A DNA stretch of 64,000 bases from an uncultured Clostridia bacterium (GCA_947626735.1 CANQTK010000005.1:178-64177); one strand, 5' to 3'. Positions 48,015 through 60,044 are shown, numbered from the stretch's first letter. Made by a program: numbers and translations. Notes: generated by a model not told the origin, from the letters alone.

Positions 48015-49406
48015 CTATTCTTTTGCTTTTTCTAGTTGTTTTTCTTGTATTTTTCTTTTCACTTGCTCTTTGATTTCATTTTTTAAATCCATTGCATACA
48101 AATCGTGTAAAATAAAGATTTTATCAATTCCTTCTAAATTTAGTTTTTCGATTAAGGATAATTCCTCTCTTTGACAAATCACTTTTTTACTTTCAATGCC
48201 TGCCATTTCTAATCTTACTTTGGTATCTAAATATCTCGCACCTGCTGTTAAAATTTGCTTAATAGACTCATCGTTTAAAAATTCAAAATCGGTATCATAA
48301 TGCCATGCTGTATTTTCCGAACCATTGGCCGCATCATGTAAGTCATCTAACAAAAGAAAGACTGCTTTATTGCCACTTTCCTTTCTTACATAGTCAAATG
48401 CTCTAGAACAAGCAATGGGATTCATTCCCTTAGCAAGTTGCGTAATTACTTCTATCTGGTTTACTGTTTCTTTGCTATACCTAGTATCTACTATTTTTTG
48501 CTTGCTTAAAACAGGATTAATTTGTGCCTGACTGAACCCTAATTCTTGCAAAAGAGTAATGGTAGCTAGCATATTATAAATATTAATAATATTGTTATTT
48601 ATCAAATCGTATTGTTCTTCTTTTTCTTGATGTTTGATGGTCATTATTTTATTTTCAAAATCAATATTCGTTACTTCATAATCGATGGTAGGAGATTTAA
48701 AATCACATTTACTGCAATGGGCTCGTCCTATATGATTATAACGTACAAAATCATATTCTAATTTGCTATCACACTTAGGACAAACAATCATATCTCTTGC
48801 TATATTTTCACAAGTATCGGTGTCCGTTTTTAGTCGAGCAATGCCAAAATAAACTCTTTCATTTTCAGGGCTTAAATTACTAACAATTAAGTCATCTCCA
48901 TTTAAAATCAGTTTGGTTTCTTTTGGAATATTATTACTTAGCATGTTAGCAATAAACTCTGTATGAGCATTTCGCATTAAAGAATCACGAAATAAATTGG
49001 TGCATATTAAATAACTTGGTTTTACATAAGGGTATACGCGAATGGAACTTCTTTCATCAATTTCAAAGACTGCTAAATCTTTCTTTGGCTTTCCTGATAA
49101 CTTTGCTCCTTTAATAAAAGTAGAAGCAATACCAGAATTCGTATTCGATCCTAGTTGATTATCCATAAAATCATAGCCATTTTCTTTCAAACAATTTTCT
49201 ATCATATTACATACTGTAGTTTTTCCATTGGTCCCTGTTACTGCAATAATGGTCTTTGGTTTTCCTATTTGATCTAAAAAATTAGGACATAAGGTAATCG
49301 CAAGTTTGCCTGGAAATTGGGTAGCATCTCTTCGAATGATTTTTAAAACGATAACAGAAATTTTGGCTAAGTAAAATGCAAAATAAAATTGAATCCTTTT
49401 TTTCAT
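48015..49406 (-). CDS. murT: MurT-like Mur ligase family protein (lipid II isoglutaminyl synthase ligase subunit family)
   Basis: GTNGKTT P-loop, NLFRDSL, Cys4 ribbon CPKCDSKLEYDFVRYNHIGRAHCSKCDF, C-terminal DUF1727-like region DDLHDAANGSENTAWHYDTDFE. Confidence 0.8.
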   Translation of the reverse strand: MKKRIQFYFAFYLAKISVIVLKIIRRDATQFPGKLAITLCPNFLDQIGKPKTIIAVTGTNGKTTVCNMIENCLKENGYDFMDNQLGSNTNSGIASTFIKGAKLSGKPKKDLAVFEIDERSSIRVYPYVKPSYLICTNLFRDSLMRNAHTEFIANMLSNNIPKETKLILNGDDLIVSNLSPENERVYFGIARLKTDTDTCENIARDMIVCPKCDSKLEYDFVRYNHIGRAHCSKCDFKSPTIDYEVTNIDFENKIMTIKHQEKEEQYDLINNNIINIYNMLATITLLQELGFSQAQINPVLSKQKIVDTRYSKETVNQIEVITQLAKGMNPIACSRAFDYVRKESGNKAVFLLLDDLHDAANGSENTAWHYDTDFEFLNDESIKQILTAGARYLDTKVRLEMAGIESKKVICQREELSLIEKLNLEGIDKIFILHDLYAMDLKNEIKEQVKRKIQEKQLEKAKE

Positions 49407-49529
49407 GATTTCTCCTCTTTTTCTCTTTCTTGTCTTTTTGTTATTTTATCGTTTCTTGTTCATTTTATCAATAGTATTTGTTATATTTTCTATAAAAAGC
49501 TACCAAAAAAATTCTTGGTAGCTTTTGCA

Positions 49530-49826
49530 TTATTTTTTTTGATTTCGTATGTAGCCTTCTAAACGAAATAAGAAATCTTCGATATTAGACAACCTCATTT
49601 CAAATACTTGGTTTGTCATGTCACTTATTTCATGATACTCTTGCATTTTCATTAGTTTTTGCATGATTACTTTAAAATTCTTTTGTGTTTGTTCTGACAA
49701 ATTACTTTGTTCTTCTTTTAGTTCGTTTAAAAGTACTTTTATTTCTCCGATTTGGTTATTTGTCAAAGGATTTTTTTCCTCCATACAATCACCTCTTCCT
49801 TGAATTTTATAAAATGATTCTAGCAT
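49530..49826 (-). CDS. hypothetical coiled-coil protein
   Basis: 98-aa ORF. The real start may be MEEKNPL (49784). Confidence 0.4.
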   Translation of the reverse strand: MLESFYKIQGRGDCMEEKNPLTNNQIGEIKVLLNELKEEQSNLSEQTQKNFKVIMQKLMKMQEYHEISDMTNQVFEMRLSNIEDFLFRLEGYIRNQKK

Positions 49827-49884
49827 TTGTTTTTTGCCTTGTCAATAGTTTTTGCAAAATTTTGTTCTACTTTTTGTTTTAAAA

Positions 49885-50042
49885 AGGACCTACAGCTATT
49901 CTGTTTTATTTTGAAAGTGAGCTTGTGTGGGGACCAGCGACATATCGTCTGTTAAGCAATTTTTGGTGTAAACAAAAATTGCTTTATAGACGATAGGAAG
50001 TTGGGACGAACGAAGCAAAATAAAATAGAATAGCTGTAGGAT
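49885..50042. ncRNA. ssrS: 6S RNA-like long interrupted hairpin (strand unresolved)
   Basis: 25-bp closing stem (49889-49913 / 50016-50040), asymmetric internal bubble, roughly 22-bp terminal stem (CATATCGTCTGTTAAGCAATTTTT / AAAAATTGCTTTATAGACGATAGG). Sits beside mnmA, aspS and nifS. Confidence 0.45.
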
Positions 50043-50045
50043 TTT

Positions 50046-51122
50046 TTATCTAAAAGATACTATTTTACCTCCACCAAGAACTACATCATCCATATAAAAT
50101 ACAACAGATTGTCCTGGTGTAATGGCTCTTTGTGGTTCTTCAAAGACAACATGAGCGATGTTCTTTTCCATCGTTAGAATTGCTTTTGCTTCTTTGGCAC
50201 GATACCTTACCTTTGCCATTACCTCTTGTGGTTTACTTAAATCTATATCTAATAAAAAGTTGCAATCTGTTGCTTGTAATTCTTTTTGATATAAGTCTTT
50301 TTCTTCTCCCACCACTACTTCATTTTTTTCTTTGTTTAAATCAATCACATAGAGTGGTGCTTTATAGCCTATTCCTAACCCTTTTCTTTGCCCTATGGTA
50401 TAATGAATTAGCCCTTCATGAGTTCCTAAAATTGTTCCGTCTTTTAATACAATGTTTCCTTTTTGGAAAGATTGTGGACTATTTTTTTTGATAAAACCTA
50501 CATAATTATTGTCTGGAATAAAGCATACCTCTTGTGAATCCTTTTTATGTGCTACTTTTAATTCATACCTTTCTGCTAATTTTCTTACTTCTTCCTTATC
50601 TTGAAAACTTTCTAATGGGTAAAGAATATGTGGCAAAACTTCCTTTGGAATACAATATAGAAAGTAAGTTTGATCTTTTTGCTTTGCTTCTGATTTTTTC
50701 ATCACATATTGGTGGTATTTTGAACTATATTCTATTTTGGCATAATGTCCTGTTGCTACGTAGTCACAGCCTAATTCTAATGCTTTTTGGTAAAAAGCAC
50801 CAAATTTTAAGTAGCGGTTACATTCAATACATGGGTTTGGTGTTTTGCAATTTTCATAGCAATGGATAAAATCATCTATGACATAATGTGTAAAATCTTC
50901 TTCACAATTTAAGGTATAATGAGGAATACCTAATTTATCGCAAACTCGTTTTGCATCATAGGTTGCAGAAAAAGAACAACAACCTCCTTCTATTTCAGGG
51001 TTGCACTTATCTTCCCAAAGTTTCATGGTAGCCCCAATCACCTCATAACCCATTTCTTTTAAGACAATGGCAGATACAGAACTATCTACTCCACCGCTCA
51101 TGCCTAATAATACTTTTTTCAT
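50046..51122 (-). CDS. mnmA: tRNA 2-thiouridine(34) synthase
   Basis: VLLGMSGGVDSSVSA PP-loop, catalytic Cys residues, 358 aa. Confidence 0.95.
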   Translation of the reverse strand: MKKVLLGMSGGVDSSVSAIVLKEMGYEVIGATMKLWEDKCNPEIEGGCCSFSATYDAKRVCDKLGIPHYTLNCEEDFTHYVIDDFIHCYENCKTPNPCIECNRYLKFGAFYQKALELGCDYVATGHYAKIEYSSKYHQYVMKKSEAKQKDQTYFLYCIPKEVLPHILYPLESFQDKEEVRKLAERYELKVAHKKDSQEVCFIPDNNYVGFIKKNSPQSFQKGNIVLKDGTILGTHEGLIHYTIGQRKGLGIGYKAPLYVIDLNKEKNEVVVGEEKDLYQKELQATDCNFLLDIDLSKPQEVMAKVRYRAKEAKAILTMEKNIAHVVFEEPQRAITPGQSVVFYMDDVVLGGGKIVSFR

Positions 51123-51228
51123 TTTTCCTTCTTTCTAAAAAGATGTGAATTGCCTCTAATACAGTCATTCACATCTTTTTATTTTCTTCTTTTCTTGTTT
51201 TACATTTCTTTGTTTTTATCCTGTCATT

Positions 51229-53007
51229 TTATTCTTCTTCGATTACTTGAATGTGTACTTCTTCTAGTTGTTCTTTGGTTACTTTGCTTGGTGCATTCAT
51301 TAACACATCTCTTGCTTTTTTATTTTTAGGGAAGGCAATAATTTCTCTTAAATTGTCTTCGTTGGTAATAAGCATAATCATTCTATCTACCCCTGGTGCT
51401 GCTCCTGCATGTGGTGGTGTTCCATATTGGAAGGCATTGTATAAGGCACCAAATCTGGTTTCTACTTCTTTTTCACTATAGCCTGCTATTTCAAAGGCTT
51501 TTACCATTAATTCTGGATCATGGTTTCTTACCGCTCCTGATGCCATTTCATAGCCATTACATACGACATCGTATTGGTAGGCTAAAATTTCTAATGGATT
51601 TTTGGTATTTAAGGCTTCCATTCCTCCTTGTGGCATAGAAAATGGATTATGGTTAAAGTCTATTTTTCCATCTTCTGCTTCTTCATACATTGGAAAGTCC
51701 ATAATAAAGCAGAATCGATAGCAGTCTTTTTCTATTAAATCTAAACGTTTTCCTAATTCAATACGTACTAAACCAGCAATTTTTTGTGCTTTTTCTAATT
51801 TTTCTTCTGCTACAAAGAATAAGCTATCGCCTGTTTTTGCACCTAAAGATGCCAAACCTTTTTGTACTTCTTCTGTTACAAATTTAGCAATACCTCCTAC
51901 TGGTCCTTCTTCTTGTAGTTTTACCCATGCTAAACCTTTTGCACCTGCTTCTTCTTTGGCAAATTCATCCATGCCATCGAAGAATTTTCTTCCTTGCTCT
52001 GCTCCATTTGGCACAACAATGGTTTTAATTACTTTTCCTTGAAAAATACTGAATTCTGTATTTTTGAAAATTTCGGTTGCATCTTGAATGATAAGTGGAT
52101 TTCTTAAATCTGGCTTATCAATTCCGTATTTTTCCATAGCTTCCTTATAGGGAATGCGAATAAATGGGGCTTCATCTACCTTCCAAGTGGTAAACTCTTT
52201 AAAAGTAGAAGTGAAAATTTCTTCTAATATAGCAAATACTTCTTCTTGCGTAGCAAAGCTCATTTCAAAATCTAATTGATAAAACTCGCCTGGTGCTCTA
52301 TCGGCACGTGGGTCTTCATCTCGAAAACATGGAGCAAGTTGAAAATATTTGTTAAAGCCAGACACCATTAGTAGTTGTTTAAATTGTTGTGGGGCTTGTG
52401 GCAAAGCATAAAATTCACCTGGATGTAATCTACTTGGTACTAAAAAGTCTCTTGCTCCTTCTGGAGAAGAATTGGCTAAAATTGGGGTTTGTATTTCTGG
52501 AAAACCTAATTCATTCATTTTATCTCGTAAAAATTTTAAAATTTTGGAACGAAGTAAAATGTTGTTATGGATTTTATCATTCCTTAAATCTAAGAAACGG
52601 TATTGCAATCTTAAATCTTCTTTTACAGAATTTCTATCTATTTTTTCTGAATTTACTTCAAATGGCAATACATTTTTACATTTTCCAAGCATCGTAATGG
52701 TGTTTGCCTCTACTTCAATTTCACCGGTTGGTATTTTCAAGTTTTTACTTACACGTTCTAATACTTTTCCTTCTACCGATATGACACATTCCGTTACCAA
52801 ATTATTTGCAATTTCGTTTAATTCTTCCTTTTCCTGCATTACAATTTGGGTAATACCTGTTTCATCTCGTAAGTCGATAAATTTCATAGCGCCTAAATTA
52901 CGAATTCTTTGTACCCAACCTGCAAGTTTAACGGTTTCTCCTATATTTTTACTAGTTAATTCTCCACACATATAAGTACGATATTGATTGTTCATATTAA
53001 CTTTCAT
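51229..53007 (-). CDS. aspS: aspartate--tRNA ligase
   Basis: 592 aa. OB anticodon domain, FRDEDPRADRAPEF-type motif 2 (FRDEDPRADRAPGEFYQLD), GAPPHAG motif 3 (GTPPHAGAAPGVDR). The start may be 52995. Confidence 0.95.
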   Translation of the reverse strand: MKVNMNNQYRTYMCGELTSKNIGETVKLAGWVQRIRNLGAMKFIDLRDETGITQIVMQEKEELNEIANNLVTECVISVEGKVLERVSKNLKIPTGEIEVEANTITMLGKCKNVLPFEVNSEKIDRNSVKEDLRLQYRFLDLRNDKIHNNILLRSKILKFLRDKMNELGFPEIQTPILANSSPEGARDFLVPSRLHPGEFYALPQAPQQFKQLLMVSGFNKYFQLAPCFRDEDPRADRAPGEFYQLDFEMSFATQEEVFAILEEIFTSTFKEFTTWKVDEAPFIRIPYKEAMEKYGIDKPDLRNPLIIQDATEIFKNTEFSIFQGKVIKTIVVPNGAEQGRKFFDGMDEFAKEEAGAKGLAWVKLQEEGPVGGIAKFVTEEVQKGLASLGAKTGDSLFFVAEEKLEKAQKIAGLVRIELGKRLDLIEKDCYRFCFIMDFPMYEEAEDGKIDFNHNPFSMPQGGMEALNTKNPLEILAYQYDVVCNGYEMASGAVRNHDPELMVKAFEIAGYSEKEVETRFGALYNAFQYGTPPHAGAAPGVDRMIMLITNEDNLREIIAFPKNKKARDVLMNAPSKVTKEQLEEVHIQVIEEE

Positions 53008-53170
53008 TCCTTCCTATGCACTATTAGTACTTTTTTAACCTTTTCTATTATATTCCTTTTGTCAAGTTATGTCTAGTATTTTTGATTATTTTCTACTTTT
53101 TTATCTACATCTTGTTTTCTTTTGCATAATATTGTATAATTGCTACATAATGATTAAAGGAGGACAAAAA

Positions 53171-54562
53171 ATGAAAAATACATTAGTAAAACAATTATAT
53201 CGAAATACTGAGGAATATATAGGAAAAGAAGTACAAGTTTCTGGTTGGGTAAGAACACTAAGAGATTCTAAAAACTTTGGCTTTATTGAATTAAATGATG
53301 GTTCTTTTTTCAAAAATGTGCAAATTGTGTTTGATACTACCTTATCTAATTTTACTGATATTTGTAAATTAAGTATTAGTTCTTCTATTATTGCAACAGG
53401 AACGGTTGTGAAAACGGAAAATGCAAAACAACCTTTTGAAATAAAAGCAAGTAATGTTGAAATTTTTGATATGGCAGATAGTGACTACCCTCTTCAAAAG
53501 AAAAGACATTCTTTTGAATATTTAAGAACTATTTCTTATTTACGTCCAAGAACCAATACGTTTAATGCCGTATTTCGCGTACGTAGTGTACTTTCTTACG
53601 CCATTCATAAATTTTTCCAAGAAAGAGGTTTTGTGTATGTGCATACTCCACTTATTACCTCTAGCGACTGTGAAGGGGCAGGAGAAATGTTTAACGTTTC
53701 CACCTTTGATTTTGCCAATGTTCCAAAATTAGAAGATGGTAGCGTGGATTATTCCAAAGACTTTTTCGGAAAAAATGCACACCTTACGGTTAGTGGACAA
53801 TTAGATGTTGAAAACTATGCTTTTGCTTTTCGTAATGTATATACCTTTGGACCAACCTTCCGTGCAGAAAATTCTAACACTGTAAAGCATGCTGCCGAGT
53901 TTTGGATGATAGAACCAGAAATGTGCTTTGCGGATTTAGAAGATGATATGAACTTAGCTGAAGATATGATTAAATATATTATTTCTTATGTTTTAGAAAA
54001 TGCACCAGAAGAAATGGAATTTTTTGACAAACTTATTGCTCCTGGTTTATTAGAAAGATTAAACCATGTCCTTCATTCTGACTTTGGAAGAATTTCTTAT
54101 ACCGATGCCATCAAAGAATTAGAAAAAAATAATGATAACTTCGAATACAAAGTTTCTTGGGGTATGGATATTCAAACAGAACATGAACGCTATTTAAGTG
54201 AAGTGGTTTTTGGAAAACCAGTTTTTGTAACAGATTACCCAAAAGACATTAAAGCCTTTTACATGAAGCAAAATGACGATGGAAAAACGGTTGCTGCCAC
54301 TGACCTTTTAGTTCCTGGCATTGGTGAGTTAATTGGTGGTAGCCAAAGAGAAGATGACATTGAAAAACTAAGAACGAGAATTAAAGAATTAGGACTAAAA
54401 GAAGAAGATTACTGGTGGTATTTAGATTTACGCCGTTTTGGAAGTAGTAAACATGCTGGTTTTGGCTTAGGTTTTGAGAGAATGATGATGTATTTAACCG
54501 GTATGCAAAATATTCGTGATGTCATTCCTTTCCCAAGAACACCAAAGAACTGTGAATTTTAA
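53171..54562 (+). CDS. asnS: asparagine--tRNA ligase
   Basis: [69 protein letters not shown] before ATG 53171. Confidence 0.95.
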   Translation: MKNTLVKQLYRNTEEYIGKEVQVSGWVRTLRDSKNFGFIELNDGSFFKNVQIVFDTTLSNFTDICKLSISSSIIATGTVVKTENAKQPFEIKASNVEIFDMADSDYPLQKKRHSFEYLRTISYLRPRTNTFNAVFRVRSVLSYAIHKFFQERGFVYVHTPLITSSDCEGAGEMFNVSTFDFANVPKLEDGSVDYSKDFFGKNAHLTVSGQLDVENYAFAFRNVYTFGPTFRAENSNTVKHAAEFWMIEPEMCFADLEDDMNLAEDMIKYIISYVLENAPEEMEFFDKLIAPGLLERLNHVLHSDFGRISYTDAIKELEKNNDNFEYKVSWGMDIQTEHERYLSEVVFGKPVFVTDYPKDIKAFYMKQNDDGKTVAATDLLVPGIGELIGGSQREDDIEKLRTRIKELGLKEEDYWWYLDLRRFGSSKHAGFGLGFERMMMYLTGMQNIRDVIPFPRTPKNCEF

Positions 54563-54643
54563 TTTAACAGAAAAATGATAGGAAATCATTTTTCCTTGCC
54601 ATATAATCCTTCTAAGGAAGGTAAGAAAGGAATAAAATTTAAT

Positions 54644-55595
54644 ATGCAAAGAAAAAAAGTCGTTATTTTAGGAGGAGGAACACGGAACCTCAGCTGTTTT
54701 AAGAGGACTAAAATACTTTCCCATTGAAATTACAGCAGTTATTACAGTGTCAGATAATGGAAGTAGCACAGGGAGACTTCGAAAAGAATTTTCTACCCCT
54801 GCAGTAGGAGATATTCGACATGTGTTAAGCAGTTTATCCACTCTTCCAGACGAAATCAAAGATATCATGGAATATCGCTTGTCTACATATAGCGATTTAA
54901 ATGGGCATGCTCTTGGTAATTTAATCTTAACTTCTTTACTAAAAGAAACCAATAGTTTGAAAACTAGTATTGAATACTTAAGTAAATTATTAGCTGTAGA
55001 ACACACCGTTCTTCCTCTTTCGGAAGATTGTTTAACTTTAATGGGAGAAACCACAAATGGTGAAATTATAGAAGGAGAAGAAAATATTACGAAAGCAAAT
55101 AAAGAGTATTGCCGTATTTTTTACAAAGAAAACCCTCATGTTTTTCCAGAGGTATTTGAAAAAATAAAAGAGGCGGATTTAATTATTCTTAGTATGGGAA
55201 GTTTATATACGAGCGTTATGCCACATTTAATTTGTCCTGATGTTGCAAAAGCAATTAAAGAAGCAAAAGCTAATGTCATGTATATATGTAATGCGATGAC
55301 GCAACCTGGCGAAACAGATAATTTTACTGTCAATGACCATGTTCAAATGTTAGAAAAATATATAGGAAAAAATACCATTGATGCGGTAATTGTAAGTACT
55401 ACCCAAATTAATGATGAACTTTTAGATAAATATGCAACAGAAGAACAAAAAGACCCTGTTCGTATTGATTATGAAAATATTGTAAAAGAAAATTATGAAC
55501 TTTTAGAAGGAGATTTGCTAACAACAGCAGATGGAACTATTAAACATGATAGCCTAAAATTAAGCTCAATTATTTTTTCTTATTTAATGAGATAA
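54644..55595 (+). pseudogene. yvcK: YvcK/gluconeogenesis-factor family protein (CofD-like), frame broken at CGG 54683-54685
   Basis: MQRKKVVILGGGT|GTSAVLRGLKYFPIEITAVITVSDNGSSTGRLRKEF... The GGGTG P-loop-like motif is restored by skipping C54683. Continues into ORF 54747..55595. Confidence 0.88.
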
Positions 55596-55596
55596 C

Positions 55597-55637
55597 AAAA
55601 AAGTACCTTTAGGAACCGTCCCTAAAGGTACTTTTTT
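55597..55637. terminator. bidirectional terminator between yvcK and the convergent methyltransferase gene
   Basis: AAAAAAGTACCTTTAGG-aaccgtc-CCTAAAGGTACTTTTTT. The corrected methyltransferase stop lies inside the right arm. Confidence 0.65.
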
Positions 55638-56411
55638 CTTACATATTCGTATAGAATAATTCCGGTGGCAACGGCTGCATTTAAACTTTCTGTTTTTCCG
55701 AAGCATTGGAATTTTTACTTTTTTATTCGCTATTGCTAATACTTCTTTTGATACACCATTTGCTTCGTTGCCTATGACAATTGCTTTCTTTTTATAATCT
55801 ATCTCATAAATCGTTTGATCCGTTTGCAAAGAAGTTGCTACAATATCGTATTTATGCTTTTTTATATTTTTTAATGTTTCTACAATATTTTTACTTCTTA
55901 TCATATTCACTCTATAAATCGCTCCCATGGTAGAGCGCACCACTTTAGGGTTATATGGGTCAGCTGTGTTTTCGGATAAAATCACTTGTTTTAAGTTTAC
56001 ACTATCAATGGTTCTTAAAATCGTTCCTAAATTTCCTGGGTCTTGAATGCCATCTAATACAATAATGACATCTTCCTCGTAAGAAATACTATCTTCCCTA
56101 TTTTCTTTTTGCATAACGGCCAATATTCCTTGTGGATTTGTTACTTCACTAATACTTTCAAAAACTTTTTCTGAAGTATAAATGCAATCTTGTTTTGCAA
56201 TTTCATAAAGGAGCTCTTGCCCAATGGTTCCATCTTTAATACATTCCTCACAAACGATAATTTTATCTATTTTTGCTTTTTCCTTAATTGCTTCTTGCAC
56301 CATTTTGATGCCTTCTACTAAGAACTTGTTTTGCTCCTCACGATATTTTTTATCTTTTAATTTTTTGATATTTTTAATCATTTCATTTTCTTTACTCGTA
56401 ATGACTTGCAT
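55622..56411 (-). pseudogene. TrmH/SpoU family RNA 2'-O-methyltransferase (RlmB-like), frame broken at CGG 55700-55698
   Basis: LDGIQDPGNLGTILRT, IVIGNEANGVS, then KIPML|GKTESLNAAVATGIILYEYVRKKYL after skipping the C. The uncorrected frame gives an unrelated basic tail. Confidence 0.85.
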
Positions 56412-56422
56412 TTTCTTTTCTC

Positions 56423-59400
56423 CTAACACTTTTCTAAAAACTCTTCAATTTCCTTTAATTTTTCACGCTCATTTTTTCCCTCTAATATTAATGTAATATA
56501 AGGATCTTTTCCTGGTGAAAAGCGAACTTTTCTGTTATATTTTTTTACTAATTTATCTACCAAAGAAATATTAAATTGATGGTTATCATAGAAAAAGACA
56601 ATGCCATCCTTTTTTTGCGTTATTTTTATGATATTTGCTTTTCTTGCCCCATTTTTAATTCTTGCTATTTCAAGCAAATTTTCTACTTCTTGTGGCATTG
56701 CACCATAACGATCGATAATCTCGTCTGTCACATTTTGAACATCTTCTTCTGTCTTACATAGCGCAATGTCTTGGTAAATTTCAATTTTTTGACTACTATT
56801 TTCAATATAGTCTTCTGGTATATAACTAGAAAAACTTAAATCAATTTGGACATCTTGTTCTTCTTGCACTTCTATTCCTTGCATTTCTTTCATGACTTCA
56901 TCTAATAATTTGCAATACGTATCGTATCCTACTTGTTCCATATGTCCATGTTGAATTTCTCCGAAGCATACTTCCTGCTCCTCTTATTTCTAGATCACGC
57001 ATAGCAATTTTAAAGCCAGAGCCAAATTCGGTAAATTCTTTAATGGTTTTTAATCGTTTATCCGCCACTTCGGTTAGTAATTTATCACGTTTGTACATAA
57101 TGTAAGCATAAGCTTGTTTTTCTGCTCTTCCTACTCTACCACGAATTTGGTATAGTTGTGCTAGTCCTAGTCTATCGGCATTTTCCACAATAATGGTATT
57201 GGCATTTGGAATATCAATACCTGATTCTAAAATAGTGGTACATACTAAAACGTTAATTTCTCCTTTAATGAATTCCATCATGATTTCTTCTAGTTCGTTT
57301 CCACTCATTTTTCCATGCGCAAAAGCAACTTTTGCTTCTGGTACTAAATTTGCAATTTGAAGAGCTTTTGCCTCAATTCCTTCTACTTGGTTGTACAAAT
57401 AAAAAACTTGCCCATTTCTTTCTAATTCTTTGGTAATTGCCTCTTTTACTACTTCTTCATCTTGTTCTAAAACATACGTCTGTACTGGCTTTCTATTTTG
57501 TGGTGGTTCGTAAATAACCGACATATCACGAACTCCTACAATGGACATGTGTAAAGTTCTAGGAATGGGTGTAGCACTCATGGATAAGACATCAATGCTA
57601 GTTTTATATTGTTTTATTTTTTCTTTATCTTTGACTCCAAAACGGTGCTCCTCATCCACAATTAATAAACCTAAGTCTTTAAATTCTACATCTTTACTAA
57701 GAAGCCTATGAGTTCCTACTACTACATCAATTTCCCCTAATTTCAATTTACGAATTATTTCTTCTTGCTCTTTTTTGGTACGAAAACGATTAAGTAGTTC
57801 TACTTTTATGGCAAAGCTTTCCATTCTCTCTTTAAAACTTTCATATTGTTGGTTGGCAAGAACAGTGGTAGGAACCAGATAAGCTACTTGCTTTTGATCC
57901 ATTACAGCTTTAAAAGCAGCACGAATAGCCACTTCTGTTTTTCCATAACCAACATCTCCGCATAGAAGTCGATCCATAGGACGAGGCGCTTCCATATCTT
58001 TTTTCGTTTCTTCAATGCAACGAAGTTGGTCCTCTGTTTCAACATAGGGAAAACTATCTTCAAATTGCTTTTGCCATTCGGTGTCTTTCGAAAACGCATG
58101 CCCTTTTATTTTTTGTCTTTTAGCATAAAGTTCAATTAACTCTTTTGCTACCTCTTGTAGATTATTCTTTACTTTTGCTTTGGTATTTTCCCATTCCTTA
58201 CTACCTAATTTATTGATTTTAGGAGAAGCTTCTCCTCCCCCTATATATTTTCGAATGCTATCTAAGTCATTCGTTGGAATGTAGAGCATATCATCATTAC
58301 GATAACGAATTTTAAGATAGTCCTTCACAATGCCATCTGCCTTTAAGGTATTTACCCCAATAAATTGACCAATTCCATGACTTTTGTGTACAACATAATC
58401 ACCTATTTTTAAATCGGCAAAAACAATTTTTTCTCCCTCTTTAAAACTACTACTTAACTTTCTTCTTTTTTTTACATTGGAAGTAAACAAATCTTCCCCT
58501 GTTACTACTACTAAATTTAAGTCGTAACATTCAAAACCAGCACTTAACCTACCTGGTACTACCACTACCTTTGGTACCTTTGGGGACGTTGCCTTTTGGT
58601 ATATCTCTCCCTTTTGGTAGGGAATTTCTTTTTCTTCTAGCAATTGAATAAATTTTTCGGTTTCTTCCTCATTTCCTGCAAGAACGATGACTTGCTTTTT
58701 CTCTTTCAGCCATTTTAGAAAATCACCAATTAAGAGTTCTATTTCACTTTTATAATAATGCACATCACGATAAGAAAATTGAAATTTAACAGGTGCTGAC
58801 TTTGCTATACCAAAGTCTTGTTTTTCTAAATATAGTATTTGCTTATCTTCTCGAACATATTCGATTTTCTCTAAATTTTGAAGAGACTGTGGAATATATT
58901 TTCCTTTCTCTAGCAAAGCTTTCATTAAGTTTCGATTTTCCATCAAAATATTTTCTTCCCTTTGCTGTACTTTGGCTAAATCATCAATAAAAATAAGAAA
59001 ATCTTTTCCTAAATAATCGATAAAAGTTTGTTGCTTGGTATAAAAATAATTAAAATATTTATCGATTTTACTGAAATAATCATTTGCCTGTATTAGTTCT
59101 ATGTCTTGCTTTTTCATTTCCTGTATTTTTTGTTGATTGTCTTTGGCATTACTTATGCTTCGCCCTATCTCTTCTTTAGCCTCTAATTTTCCCTCTTGTA
59201 TTCTTGTGATAATGGAAGATAATTCATCTTCTAAGATTAGCTCGTGAGCTGGCATAATTTCTATTTTGTCTATCGTATCGGTAGAACGTTGAGAAGATAA
59301 ATGAAATTTACGAATGGAATCTATTTCATCACCCCAGAATTCGATACGAATACCTTCTTTTTCGGAAAGAGCAATATCTAAAATATCTCCTCTTAGGCTA

Positions 59401-59981
59401 AATTGTCCTTTTCCTTCTACTAAATCACTTCTCTCATACCCTAACTGAATAAGAGTTTGCTTTACTTCTTCCAAAGAGTATGTTTTTCCCATTTTCATTT
59501 CCAATTTGTGTTGATATAACGTAGATTTTGCTATCACCTTTTGCATTAATGCTTCTATTGTAGTGACAATGATTTTGGCTTTCTTTTGTTCTATTTTATT
59601 GAATACTTCTATTCTTTGATAGAATACATCTTTACTTTCTAATACATAGTCATAGCTAGCAATTTCTTTTTTGGGAAAATAGTAAATGGTTTCAAAATCT
59701 TTCGTAAAATAATTTAAATCTTCTATGATTTTTTTAGCCTGAATTTCATTATAAGTTACAATACAAATAGGGCGATTTGTCGCCTCTTTGGTAGCATATA
59801 AGTATTGCACTTTTCCCACGTCAGATAAGCCCGATATGGAAATAACCGGGCTATGTTTGTTAATTTCTTCAATATATTCTTGAAATTTTGGGAGCTTTTG
59901 CAACTGAGATATCATGGCATTCATTTTTTTGTCAATCTCCTCTTTTTGATTTCTATGATTTATTATATCGCATTTCTTCAT
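56423..59981 (-). pseudogene. mfd: transcription-repair coupling factor, frame broken at CGG 56963-56961
   Basis: CarD-like GDYVVHKSHGIGQF, helicase motifs DRLLCGDVGYGKTEVA / LLIVDEEHRFG / SATPIPRT, then RDLEIRGAGSML|GEIQHGHMEQVGYDTYCKLLDE joining ORF 56423..56941. Confidence 0.92.
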
Positions 59982-60044
59982 ATTTTAAAATACTTTTTTC
60001 ATAATTTTGTCCTTTCTTTCATAAAATGAAGAAAGGAGTTTTTT

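Noticed and set aside
52472-52975. 167-aa plus-strand ORF (and 52389..52697, 51251..51638)
   Set aside because: They are antisense to aspS, whose identity is unambiguous.
54668-55054. 128-aa minus-strand ORF
   Set aside because: It is antisense to the yvcK-family gene. It appears long only because the sense gene is split in the ORF track.
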